From Eledone cirrhosa (taxonomy: Eukaryota), in assembly GCA_964016885.1 (NCBI GenBank), contig OZ024743.1, positions 15,748,001 to 15,812,000 of the forward strand: a DNA stretch of 64,000 bases, in the 5' to 3' direction. Both the position numbers and the translations under genes were made by a program. This document shows, one piece after another, positions 14,278 through 27,000 of this stretch. The notes beneath the pieces are model-generated. The model was not told where the DNA came from. It did no database searches and worked only from the letters and a program-made list of their open reading frames with translations. Every line of letters starts with the position of its first letter. The stretch's first letter is position 1.

Positions 14278-14466
14278 GTGTGGATTGGCAGTATCCGTAG
14301 AGGGTCGGACGCCATGCTTTCCAGCATAGTTACGTCCCTTTACGATCTGAGTTCAAATCCTGCCGAGGTTGACTTTGCCTTTCATCCTTAAGGGGTCGAT
14401 AATATAAAGTACCAGTAATGCACTGGGTAATTGCTGGCCTTGTGCCTAAAGTCGAAACAATTATTA
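14278..14466 (+). mobile_element. SINE family A, full length
   Basis: A and B boxes plus core. Confidence 0.9.
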
Positions 14467-15080
14467 ATTAATTCTATCATGCAATGCCTGTGCGTGAAGA
14501 TATTTTTTAAAGCGAGGAAAGACTGTGCACTGAGCCAATCCCACTCTCTGTGCGACAGTAGCTATAACCCGAAAAGAAGAAAAAAATCAACATCATCGGT
14601 AACGGCCGCAGGATTTATATCGGAGTTATCCCAGTTTCCTGAGTGGCCTTCTCCTATAAGTATGCCCTGACAAAGGCTAGGGGTTCTTCACTCCCAGTGG
14701 TTTAACCGCGCGATCGGGTGTCCAGCCCGACTATTTCTATGTCCCCGCGCATATACATACATATGCACCCATGTATATACACATATACATATACATATAC
14801 ATACATATGCCCCCATGTATATACACATATACATATACATATTTACACACTTTTGGATGGCCGTTGACTCATATGAGTTCTCCCGCCCTTTGTCAGGTTT
14901 TGTTTTTTGTCCTGCAGGGTGTCCAAAATCACCCTCCTCACCAAGTAAACTTGGTGGGGTTGCCGGTTTAGTCGCCGACGACCCGACCATGCGACAGGTT
15001 GTACTGGGTTACATGTTACCAGTAGCACTGAAGAGCGACCCGATATACATACATATATATATATATATATATGTAATACT

Positions 15081-15665
15081 TTAACAGAGAAAGCTTTAAG
15101 CAATACTCCGACTTACTTTACCCTCACTCAACAAACATTAGGGTATACGTTAGTATAATCCCAATTATACGTTTGGGGTGCTAACTATACGTATTTTGCG
15201 GATAGCCAGTTGGATTATTTTATATGAGACATAAATAAATACATCCCTCTTTCCAAACGATCGTTTCATTATAAGTTTTCTACAAGTTGGGAAAATAATG
15301 TCCAGGTTATGTAGAAGCCTACACATAGTCTACAGGAATATATGCAGGTGGGCACTTATAAATCATCAGTGGATGCCCAACAATATCGATATAAGGCATC
15401 CACTGATGATTTATAAGTGCCCACCTGCATATATTCCTATAGACTATGTGTAGGCTTCTACATAACCTGGACATTATTTTCCCAACGTGTAGAAAACTTA
15501 TAATGAAACGATCGTTTGGAAAGAGGAATCTATTTATTTATGTCTCATTTAAAATAATACAGGTGGCTATCCGCAAAATACGTATAGTTAGCACCCCAAA
15601 CGTATAATTGGGATTATACTAAGGCATATCCTAATGTTTTTTGAGTGAGACGGAAGTCGGTCGGA
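15081..15665. mobile_element. Fold-back (inverted-repeat) HHR element between (TA)n tracts
   Basis: Arms about 15105-15377 and 15395-15665 with a 17-nt spacer; arms are slightly diverged. Confidence 0.85.
15399..15520 (+). ncRNA. Type I hammerhead ribozyme with long stem II insert (mirror copy at 15252-15373, minus strand)
   Basis: UCCA-CUGAUGA-UUUAU...AUAAU-GAAA-CGAUCG-UU-UGGA; stem I UCCA/UGGA; palindromic stem III. Confidence 0.75.
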
Positions 15666-15766
15666 TATATATATATACATGGCGGGTGTAAACGGAAGAA
15701 CAAAGCAGTCGAGGAAGTACAATGAACATATATATTCTTTTCATGCTTAATATTCTTGGAAAGGTA

Positions 15767-15798
15767 TTAACGTTTCAGACGCTAGCCCTTCATCAGAA
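15767..15798 (-). ncRNA. Minimal hammerhead ribozyme
   Basis: UU-CUGAUGA-A-GGGC-UAGC-GUCU-GAAA-CG-UU-AA; related to the 42518 copy. Confidence 0.55.
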
Positions 15799-16163
15799 AA
15801 TAAAATGAGAAATTAAAGAAGAAATAGAAAGAGAGAGGAGAGTGAGCAGGGGAAGAAACGAAATATATTTCTTCAAGAAAAATTAGTTCTGTTCATTTTG
15901 CCATCTTTAGGAAAACTATTGCTCGGATTGTTTATGGTGCAGAAAATTTAGTTGGCCATCTGTTGAAAAGGCTGTGATCATAAGCGTCTATATCGTGCTG
16001 AAAAGGAAAACATCCTTTTGTATATATATATAGTTGTTGTAGGGTTGCAGGTAAATGCGTCCGTAGGCGGTATGCCGGTTGAGCACTCGATGCTCGCTCA
16101 GTGCAGAGTATAATATTATAAAGAACGAGCAATCAGTATTGCATCAACACACAATTTATTAAC

Positions 16164-16251
16164 ATATTACATATGTTTCACCGCCGATCTGCTCGAAGCA
16201 GGATCTGTTACAGATCGAACCCGACTCTGTATTTGAAGGGTCTTCAGATAT
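16164..16251 (-). ncRNA. Hammerhead ribozyme with extended stem II
   Basis: AUAU-CUGAAGA-CCC...GGU-GAAA-CAUAUG-UA-AUAU. Confidence 0.7.
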
Positions 16252-16678
16252 CTCTAGTGTGTTCAAACATCTCAGCTGTTCTTTATCTGTAGTACATATT
16301 AGCATCCTGTTATTTCGGCCTTTTAATTGGTTCAGTAATCCCATCATCACCATCTCTCTGTCCACTTTCTTTCATTGGCTGTATTCATTCATGCCTCACC
16401 TGTCAGCACCCAAAGTTTTTCACCAATTTTTATATATATATATATATTCCCCCTACTTTCTGCCTTACCCTTTCCACACCCACCTCTTTTTTATTTACAG
16501 ATATTTATTTCTGTGTGTATGTATATGTATGTATGTGTGTGTGTGTGTATATATATGTATATATATATATGTGTGTGTGTGTATGTGTATGTATATTTGT
16601 TTATATATATATATATGTTTTTGTGTATGTGTATATATATATACACACATGTATATAATTTTATATATATGTGTATAT

Positions 16679-16753
<75 letters not shown>

Positions 16754-16843
16754 TAAATATATATATATGTGTGTGTGTGTTTGTATATGTATGTATGTCT
16801 GTTTATGTATATGTGTGTATATATATATGTGTATGTATATAAT

Positions 16844-16883
<40 letters not shown>

Positions 16884-16919
16884 TTACAATAATCAAAGTT
16901 CAGTTTAAATCATTTATTT

Positions 16920-16964
16920 GCTTACAATTGTTTCCTCCAAACCGAGGTTTGGATTCTTCGGAGC
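16920..16964 (-). ncRNA. Hammerhead ribozyme, CCGAAGA (U4C) core
   Basis: GCU-CCGAAGA-A-UCCAAAC-CUCG-GUUUGGA-G-GAAA-CAAUUG-UA-AGC. Confidence 0.7.
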
Positions 16965-17104
16965 AATTATTTAGTGATCTATAACATACTTGACCTTCTT
17001 TTCAACACAAGAGACATATAAAAACATATGCACATATTGACCCACAGTGGGATGACATCCATCAAAATGCTATAGCATGGCAATTTACATATAAAGGTTA
17101 AAGG

Positions 17105-17286
17105 ATAAAAATAAAAATAAAAATAAAAATAAAAATAAAAATAAAAATAAAAATAAAAATAAAAATAAAAATAAAAATAAAAATAAAAATAAAAATAAAA
17201 ATAAAAATAAAAATAAAAATAAAAATAAAAATAAAAATAAAAATAAAAATAAAAATAAAAATAGAGATAAAAATAAAAATAAAAAT
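17105..17286 (+). repeat. (AAAAAT)n hexamer microsatellite
   Basis: About 30 near-perfect units read directly. Confidence 0.95.
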
Positions 17287-18173
17287 GAAGCATTGGCAGT
17301 ATATGAAGATAAAGCAAGAGGAAAGTTTAGAGTAGTCAGTGTATGAAACAATCTCACGTGTAGCATGCACGCGTGTCTTATTTATACAGGATTAGAGTGC
17401 GTCAGATTGTTACTTGCAGGGTCAGGCAGTTGAAGCAGGCAATCGATATTATTATGTGGGCTGAATTATTAAATCATTTTTTCGCATACACCTGTATGAT
17501 ATACACTCCCGAATGTAGAGAAACACCAAAATATCAAAAATATCAAACATATTATAAAACATTATATCGTAGGCAAAACAGTACCACTGTCTTTGCACAC
17601 ACCACCACTCACATAATCAATGAGACGCAATATATAGACCACGGGTCTATCATATAATCCACGATGGTTCAGCATATAACCAAGTTATAAACCATATCTT
17701 GTCGATTCTTAATTAATAGATCATGTTGTTTGGTTTTGTGTGGTGATATTATATTCCGGAAGTGTGTGTGTGACCAAGGGGAGTTAATGCGTAAGGGGAG
17801 GTAACTAGCTGGTATTCTTAGTTAAATTTATTATCCTAAGTTACATTAATGGTGCATGCTACACGTGAGATTGTTTCATACACTGACTACTCTAAACTTC
17901 CCTCTTGCTTTATCTTCATATACTGCCATTCGTTAGTTTTTACCTAACTACCTAACCACATGTGAGACCTAAATGTGTATATATTTGTTCTTGTTTTGTA
18001 ATTTCCGGTTGATTATATTTATTTATTTTATTTTATTCTATATTTTATATTCTATTTACTATTCACTGTCTGGCTTTACTTATACATCCACATATGTCTG
18101 TCTACTAACCTTGTAATTATAAGTATTTATATATTATTTTATGTCAATTTATAATATATTATATTATATTGTA

Positions 18174-18357
18174 TTGTAATATTGATCCTTATTACTTACT
18201 GTTCATTATATGTAACATTATGATATTTAAACTTTATATATCATGTAAGATGTCTGTATTTTTGTAATATTGTAATATTGATCCTTATTACTTACTTTTC
18301 ATTATATGTAACATTATGATATTTAGACTTTACATATCATGTAAGATGTCTGTATAT
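18174..18357 (+). repeat. Tandem duplication with a period of about 96 bp
   Basis: TTGTAATATTGATCCTTATTACTTAC at 18174 and 18270. Confidence 0.85.
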
Positions 18358-19113
18358 TTTTTCTGTACCATCATAGTGTTTTTTGAGTATTGTATAATTT
18401 ATTTTTCCTCATTTACTCTGTAACCCAGTATGAATCGATTTGTATATATTGTTTATTGTAAATGTTAGTACATTGTTAACATATTATCATTATATTATTA
18501 TTGTGACATCTATATTGTTTGTGTAAATTAACCGGGGATTATCTATTATATTATATTGAATTATATAATTTTATTGTTTATTATTTATTATATGTGTCTC
18601 TTGTAATTATATCATATTATTGCCTCATGTATATTGGGTAGATGTATTGGTATTATTTTCACTCTTATCATGCTTATTTTTATATTCAAACTTCTAATAA
18701 GGCTTAATTTGTGTAGTTGAACATAGATGTGCGTATTGTTGTATATGTGTGTGTGTGTGTGTGTGCGCGCGCACCTATATACATGTATATATTGTACTTT
18801 TTGATTTTTAATTGTAATTTTAATGTTGGTAAAGGTATATTAGTATAATGTATTATGTTATATTACATTGTGTTATATATAATTCCTGCTCTATATAACC
18901 ACATTTGTTTAGCTTTAGGTTAGTTGCTTTGGACTATATTTGTAATATGGTTCTTAATGTTATATACATCCTTAGTTATTCTTATTATATATTTTTATTA
19001 TTTTTATTTTTATTTTTATTATATTTTTTTGCAAGACTTTAGTGTATGTACACTCCATATTCTTCGGAGCTTCCGGCTTGTATCTGCCGATATTACTTCT
19101 TGTTGTTTTGATT

Positions 19114-19151
19114 GCCCTGATGAGTCCTTAATAGGACGAAACATTGTCGGC
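19114..19151 (+). ncRNA. Canonical minimal type I hammerhead ribozyme
   Basis: GCC-CUGAUGA-GUCCU-UAAU-AGGAC-GAAA-C-AUU-GUC-GGC, followed by AAUAAA. Confidence 0.9.
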
Positions 19152-19343
19152 TAATAAAAACTTTTGATGTATTAAAGGATTGTTTGTTTTACTCTCTTAA
19201 TTTTTTGGCTCTGTTTAACTGTTTACTGTCATTTCTATAATACGAAGAGGGTGTTTAACTCCAACACGCTCCGGTATTTTAATCCTTATATATATATATA
19301 TACATAATTATATACAAAGATATTATATGTTTATTATCATTGA

Positions 19344-19377
<34 letters not shown>

Positions 19378-19702
19378 ATACATATGTATATGTGTGTGTG
19401 TGCGTGTGTGTGTGTGTGCGGGTGTGTTTTTATACTTGTACATTTATTTTTCTTTTCTCCTTTTCTTCTTTTTCTTCCTCCAGCCTCACTTTTATATTCC
19501 TTATATTTTTGTTTTTCAAATCCACATTCAATAAAACACCAGGATTTTTTCATTCTGGTGACTGAAAGCAAATTTGTTTGCTTTCAAAAAACTACTGGTA
19601 AATGAAATAATTATCTTATGTTGTTTATTACATAACTAATAAACTCTGTAACCTACATAGAGCACTCTTTTTTCTGAACATTTCCGACGGAAATACTTCA
19701 AT

Positions 19703-19741
<39 letters not shown>

Positions 19742-19742
<1 letters not shown>

Positions 19743-21345
19743 GTTAGAGAAGCAGAAAATTGCTTATTGTGATCCAGTTCGTGGTTAAGAAAGCCAGTTT
19801 CATGGTTGGTTTCAACTTACGGTTAAGGGTAACTCCACAAGTTTGTTAGAATTCCATTCAATCTTGGAGTATAAAGTATAAAATATAAAAGAGAAAACAC
19901 AGGTAAGCATTAAGAGAAGGATTTTATCCAGGTATTTACGACCGTTTCATTGGTAAGTGCAACCTTATATTGTTATACTGCAAATAGCAGCCACTCAATT
20001 ATAATTGTTGTTCACAGTCCAAATTTTCAAAATAGTGAGTAAGTTACTCTTGAAATAGTTCTTAATATATAGAGAAAAATTTTTTTTTTAAATTGTATTT
20101 ACTAGTATATATAGAGAGGAATTAGAAGGTGAGGGGACAAACGGAATAGTATAGAGAGTGAGGAAGGGGGAAGAGTTAGGAAGTAGAGTGACAAACTGAG
20201 ATGGAGGGACGGTAGAGGTGGAAGGATTCCTTGATCAGTTTTGATATGTAGACTTCATGTCTTGGAATGTAGTGAGTTAAAGGGAATTACATTGATCATA
20301 GTGGGAGGGGTGCATAAAGAGATAAATATATATATAAAAAATAAAGATAAAGATAATAATGACAAAAATAAAATCAAAGAAGGGGGGAGAAAGAAGAAAA
20401 GAAAAGACCTGGCAACTGAGGGAAAGTAACCATCAATACACCCTGAAGTGGAAAAAATTATCGAACGCGCCCCCATATTGGAATGGTATAAGAAGCTGTC
20501 GATTATGTGACCTTGAGCTGTTCCACATTTTGAGTTCGAAGAATAAGTTACTCAACAATAAAATCGAAAGATCAATTTATTGTAACCATAGACTCAAAGA
20601 GAAGTTTTCGCACTACAAGTGCAAATCGAACCCTTCACCTCTTACTACCAACTGACAAACTGCATATACTTAGACTTTATACCCTCTTGTTGTATCTAAA
20701 CCCTTTTAATTACCCCCAAAAACCAATACCTATATCCCTCCCTTCTCCTTCATGACTCTTCTATTTCTTCCTTTCTTCCCTCCCCTTTTTGGCTATCTTT
20801 TCTTTTCTTCTTTCTCCCTCCTTCTTTGCTTTTATTTTTGTCATTATTATCTTTATCTTTATTTTTTATATATATATTTATCTCTGTATACCTCCCCCTC
20901 TCTCTATCCACCCCTCCCACTATGATCAATTTAATTCTCTTTAACTCACTACATTCCAAGACATGAAGTCTACATATCAAAACTGATCAAGGAATACTTC
21001 CACCTCTACCCCTCCCTCCATCTCAGTTTGTCACTCTACTTCCTAACTCTTCCCCTTCCTCACTCTCTATACTATTCCGTTTGTCCCCTCACCTTCTAAT
21101 TCCTCTCTCGCTATACTAGTAAATACAATTCCGAAAGAATGTTTTTCTCTATATATTAAGAACTATTTCAAGACTAACTTACTCACTATCTTGAAAATTT
21201 GGACTGTGAACAACAATTATAATTGAGTGGCTGCTATTTGCAGTATAGCAATATAAGGTTGCACTTACCAATGAAACGGTCGTAAATACCTGGATAAAAT
21301 CCTTCTCTTAATGCTTACCTGTGTTATCTCTTTTATATGTTATAC
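19742..21345 (+). mobile_element. 5'-truncated Penelope-like element with an inverted copy of its 3' end
   Basis: Arms about 19878-20410 and 20790-21342 are reverse complements; the spacer encodes the GIY-YIG C-terminus LKWKKL...PYWNGIRSCRLCDLELFHI...C.H. Confidence 0.85.
21187..21288 (+). ncRNA. Hammerhead ribozyme, U3-A8 core (mirror copy at 19933-20034, minus strand)
   Basis: UAU(U/C)-UUGAAAA-UUUGG...CCAAU-GAAA-CGGUCG-UA-AAUA. Confidence 0.55.
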
Positions 21346-21385
<40 letters not shown>

Positions 21386-21670
21386 CTACCCACGGGCACT
21401 GAAGCGTATATACAGTATGCACCACCCCATCTCACCCTCACATACATCTCTCATGAGGACACGCTGAAACACTGTAAAGTGATCGTGATGGTGACACGAT
21501 AAAAAGCACACATTCCACACTGGAAAGTGGTCGTGAAGGTATTGTGACAAAAAGCACCCAGTCCACACTGTTAACTGGTCTTGTAGGTATCATGACATAA
21601 AGCACCCAGTACTCACTGTCAATGAGGTTGGCGTTAGGAATGACATCCAGCTGTAGAAATCCAGCCAAAA
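21386..21670 (+). mobile_element. SINE-like element with internal ~55-bp subrepeats (family B)
   Basis: GTTGGCGTTAGGAA..CATCCAGCTGTAGAAATC shared in reverse orientation with 53844-54240. Confidence 0.65.
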
Positions 21671-21758
21671 TTAGTTCAAGTGTTGAATATTACAAATAAA
21701 AAGAATAAAGAAGAATAAGAAATAATAATTTTCTTCTGTGAAAACACACAACTACCGA

Positions 21759-21811
<53 letters not shown>

Positions 21812-22138
21812 TGACTACCTCTCTTCTATATCTATAAAGTTCCATTTTAGACCCAGTCTTCACATCAAGAAAGATGAACAGGCCGTTTCAACACTTAATT
21901 TTAAATTTTAAAAATTTTATTCTTTTTAATTCTTTTGAACTGTAATATTCAACATTTGATAAGATGGTTCACACTGATACACCAAAACCGTTTATATTTT
22001 ATATACATTATAAAACTCCTTTTTTTTAAAAGAACTGTTCCTATCATTTTTTTCAATAATGTCACTTTGACGAATCAAAGAAAAAAAAACAAAAAACAGA
22101 TCCTTAGATATATTTTCCGTGCTATTTCCAATTTCCCC

Positions 22139-22210
<72 letters not shown>

Positions 22211-22589
22211 ATATATATATATAAATTACTTGCTCAGATCTAAATCTGTTTCATTCGTATGACATCATCAGCAATCATACCTGATCATTCATACGAATGA
22301 AACAACTGTAGAAGTCAATTATATATATATATAATAAAGAGGTCTATACTTTAGCAATATATTGGGTACCTTTTTTTAAGTGTGTTTGCCTCTGACACCA
22401 CTCAGGAACCAGGGGTTTGACAAAATGATATAAGCACCTTGTGAATATTTCTTGTTTATTCATCATAGCATTCTTGGCTAGGTATAACTGATATTACGCA
22501 TATATGTTGACCATTTAACATCCTCACCATTTTACTCTTTAATTCACTACATCAGCATTTTGATTAATTAGAGATACTATAATTAGATG

Positions 22590-22684
22590 ACAAAATGCAT
22601 AACCTATCAGAAACCCAAAGAGGACAAATCGTTCGTGCTGGATTAGCGTGAGCATTTGTGACAAAAACAGCCAAATTATTTAAC
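22590..22684 (+). pseudogene. Tc1-like transposase N-terminal relic (continues at 24641-24740)
   Basis: LSETQRGQIV...VTKTAKLF, then after the Helitron block TAYAKHSKTMSAKRNSG. Confidence 0.55.
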
Positions 22685-22796
22685 AATAGTTGAGGTACCC
22701 GGCTTCAATCGGGAGAACAGTTTGGAGAAAACAGATAAAAGTGAAAACGACTGTATTGGATGTGTTGTCTGGTTTACAGTATGAGGTGAGACCGTA

Positions 22797-22871
<75 letters not shown>

Positions 22872-24640
22872 TGTGTGTGTGTCTGTGTGTGTGAGTGAGT
22901 GACATAAAAAAACAATCATATAACTTCCTTATTAGGCTGGGAAAGTAAACTGATGATTAAATGGTAGCATTGGCCTTGGATTTTAAATGTGAAATAATCA
23001 TAGACAGTATGATCTTTTTCAGTTCGAAAGAACGTCATCTGAAACGCACCAATATACCGCATAACATTGCTTCTGAAGTGTTTACCTTCGTTTCTATGGT
23101 CTGTAAACAGTATATGGATAAAAGCTGGAAGGTCCTCTATCAGTGGATGTCTGACCTATCCTCCTAAGCAACATATGCCAAGTGTAATACCCATGCTACC
23201 AATCGCGCTTTTAGGATAATTTCTTTGATTCTTCGATGGATCATATGAAAACGCAGCTCTTAGTCAGTTCTGCCTTAAAGATTCATTTATGCTCGTCGAG
23301 TTTGCATCGCAACTCTCATTGCCTCTTGGTGATTTTCATATTAAACCTCTGTGTGTTGCGATAGTCTTTCTTCTTGCCTTAATATTTATGTTTCCTGTCT
23401 CAGGTTCTGTACACTTTCAGAAAGTTGCGACTGAATGTCATAATGTTTACCTGTCCCTTATTCCCAAGTTTTTTTTCATATTGTTCGCGAGTTTCTATTT
23501 CGCTTGAGGAATTCAAACGTTTGGCGGACATTGCCCCCCCCCCCCCTCATAGATGAGCGTTTTTTTGGTGACATGATGAGATTCATTTTCTTGGAAAATA
23601 TCGTGAAACAAAACCCACAATACAAAGCAATATATATATTAAAAAAAAAAACAGAAATAAAAGTAAATAGTAGCCTCAGAGAATAGGTTGACACTGTCAT
23701 CTGAATTAGGTCAATAATAACATGACACTATCCTCAAAAAACTAACTTACCTTAGGTTAATTTCATATAGCCTGAATTTTTTGTTAGCTCTGTAAAATCA
23801 AAGACTTTCGTGGGCGTCACCCAGACCATACACACACTCTCTCTCTCTCTCTGAATATCTAACACGTTAATTGTATATATCTCTGTCTCTCTCTCTCTCT
23901 CTTCAGTTGTGTGTGTGTGTGTAGTTTTCCTGCAACCAGCCAGCCAGCCAGCCAACCAATAAACATCTTTATTTCATATTATATATAGACTAGCTGAGAT
24001 ACCTGGCTTCGCCTGGGAGAATAGAGAAAACGACTGTATTGGATGTGTTGTCTGGTATGAGGCGAGACCATAATGTGTGTGTGTGTAAGAGAGAGAGAGA
24101 GAGAGAGTGAGAGAGAGACATAAAAAAAAACAATCATAAAACTTCCTTATTAGGCTGGCGGAGAAAACTGCCGATTAAATGGTAACATTGGCCTTGGATT
24201 TTAAATGTGAAATACCCATAGTCAGTATGATCATTTTCAGCTCCAAAGGAGGTCATCCACAACACAGCAATATACCGCATAACATTGCTTCTGGAGTGTT
24301 GCTTCGTCAGTACGGTATGTATGTAGTATATAGATAAAAGCTGGAGGGTCGATTCATTTCCAATAGTAACACTTTTTCTTTGTTTTGTAAAGTCAAAGAC
24401 TAAAACCACTTTATAAAAGCTAACGAAATATTGTTAAACCGTCCTATAGCTCAAATGATCTATAGTTTAAGGCGTTTCTAGACTTTCGTGAGACGTTACT
24501 CTCTCTGAATATATAACACTTTAATTGTATCGCTCTCTGTATAACGGCCTATCTCTCTCTCTCTTTTTATGTGTGTCTATGTGTGTAGTTTTCGTGTGAT
24601 TCAACCAATAAACATTTTTCTGTTATACTATATATAGATA
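22685..24640. mobile_element. Cluster of non-autonomous Helitron-derived repeats
   Basis: Duplicated blocks at about 22727-23135 and 24024-24350; minus-strand peptide MTSFGA...FTFKIQGQCYHLIGS resembles Helitron Rep; ends ACTAGCTGAGATACCTGGCTTCGCC and TATATATAGA. Confidence 0.7.
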
Positions 24641-25581
24641 TCATGCCTGGGAGTGTCTACGGTGAAGACAGCTTATGCAAAACATAGTAAAACAATGTCA
24701 GCGAAGAGGAATAGTGGGCACAAATTAAAGTTAACTGACAAGCTTAGCTTGATGACTATTTTAGTTCCATGTATAACCACTGGCGTTTCACACATCTAAA
24801 AATAACATATCCTTCTGAAGGGCTCTATACATACATGTTGTACTTGCTTTTACTTGGAGTGAAATTTTTCTGTTTGGGAACATTATTTTTCTGCATTTTT
24901 TATGCACACTGACTGTCTGTCAAATCTGATCATGCTGAATGTCATTCACAAGTTTCACAACAAAATGACGTGACACCACAGAATGTGGTTGAAAAAGGGA
25001 ATACTTGATGTGAACAAGGTAAGATTTTCTCCCATCCTTAGGTCTGCATCTGATAGTATGAGTAGCAGAGCTTATGACACAGCAGCCTCAAGGATTTCCT
25101 GTGATTATTGATGGTTCTTTTACCTTCTGCCACCCACTCTCATCTACCCTACTCTTTTCTACCCCTTTCTTTCTCTTTTGAGTTCGTCATTAAAAATAAC
25201 TCCAGTTTTCTGTTACTTCCACAGGTGCAATGACTAAAGTTTCTGTCTTGAACCACAGGTCACATTGTTTACATTTCTGCACACAGGATGTGTTAGAGAA
25301 GGAAAAGTACGTTACTATTCTCCTCGTTTGTTCTTGCATAAAACCTCATTCAAGCAAGCACTTATTTTGGTCTCATATCCATGTAAATCTGTTGTTTTCG
25401 CCACTAGTTGATATATATTAAACATTAAATCGTTGCTTATAAAACAAGCAGCAGATGAATTGTTGTTGATATTGTTTTCTTTTTGTCTTTTAAAAATGTT
25501 AACATTGATTATATACAACAGAGTACAATATGTATTTGAACATTATATTCTTTCCTGCGCATTTTCTAAGGTAAAAATATA

Positions 25582-25681
25582 CAGGGTGTCCCACCAAAAT
25601 ATATACAGACATTAACAGCATTCTATTAAACATTGTCTGTACAGGCAATCAAAGTGTGTATGCATTTTTGGGGTCACCCTG
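25582..25681. mobile_element. Tc1/mariner-type MITE of about 100 bp
   Basis: TA-CAGGGTG...CACCCTG-TA with an extended imperfect TIR. Confidence 0.7.
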
Positions 25682-26289
25682 TATTTAATATATTGTTTGC
25701 ACGTCTTTTGTTTCTCTTTCCATTTGATGAAATTTTAGGGACTTGTGCAATCTTCGTTATTGTATTGGAAATGCTCTGCAGAGAATGACGGATATTTGTT
25801 TGTTTAAGTAATGCATTTATATTTTTTTCTAATGAGGAAAATACCAGTAATAAAAACGTACCCTTGCATGATCATATTTCACATAAAAAAGTTCGTTCAG
25901 AATAGCATGTAGTCCGATGAATTATTTTTAAAGATCACAATGACATGTGTTCCACTGGGAAATCAAATAATAGTAATAATAACAACGACGATTTCTTTAT
26001 TAGCCACACGAGCTGACACATAGAATACATTAAATATTATAAGGAAAGAGGTTTACAACGAATGTTAGGCTGGTCGGACAAATGTCTACATATATGTATG
26101 GGTAGAGTGAAGGGCGATATCCAATAGACAAATACATTTGATAAAACATGCAATAAGTAGAAAAGTATTACAAAACACAACACAGGATATGATATAAACC
26201 ACAATTTAAAAAAGGATCGATTGACTTTCGTCAAATCGGACCGAGGAAACAATGTTTACGCCGGTCTTTCCAGTTGCTAATACTATCTA

Positions 26290-26366
26290 TCGGTCGCAAC
26301 TCCAGGGAGAAGGAGCAAAGTGAAATAAAGTGTCTTGCTCAAGGACATAACGCATCGCCCGGTCCA
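26290..26366 (-). mobile_element. SINE head fragment
   Basis: AAGTGTCTTGCTCAAGGACA.AACGC, the reverse complement of a common post-B-box SINE segment. Confidence 0.5.
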
Positions 26367-26759
26367 AACTAAGTCGAACCAAAATACATAAGATTTCTGC
26401 TCACCCACCATGCATTATACATTCCCCAGGGGTCACCGAAATATTCTATAATCATTTCCTCAGTGGGTTTATCGACAAAAGCACTGACATCCTCTGACAA
26501 TAATAATAATTTATTTTCTTTTGCCACTAGAATTGATTCGTGTGTACAATAAGCAAGACGTAAAAAGTATTGCAAAGTGTGTGGCGATACACAAAATTTA
26601 TATAAAAACAAAAGGAATTTAAAAGATATTTTATATACTAAAAAGGTTTTAAAATACACACAATAATTACTCAATATAATTAAATGAATAGATAAAACAG
26701 AGATATAATGTAAAGAATATGAGAAACAAAGAAGCCAACCTACCCACACACAATGGGAA

Positions 26760-27000
26760 ACTTCCATTGCATCACATCAGGGATCTCAACAATTCCGATG
26801 ACACAGCCCTCATTCGGAAATGGGTATCTGCCACCGATGATGATTCCATCTGCCAATTGCAAACTGTGGAACACCTTCTAGTTTGCCCCAATCTTGAAGA
26901 TTGATGCACACTTAACGGACTTGAAATCTTACCCACCCCCTCACCAGGCAAGGCACTATATGCGTAATACTGGATGGCTGTGGTGTAGCGACTCAATAAG
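26760..27000 (+). pseudogene. LINE ORF2 C-terminal CCHC-type relic
   Basis: Peptide ICQLQTVEHLLVCPNL. Confidence 0.4.

Noticed and set aside
24935-25240. Splice-like signals AAG/GTAAGA and TTCCACAG/G
   Set aside because: No convincing coding exon, and the region lies among transposon relics
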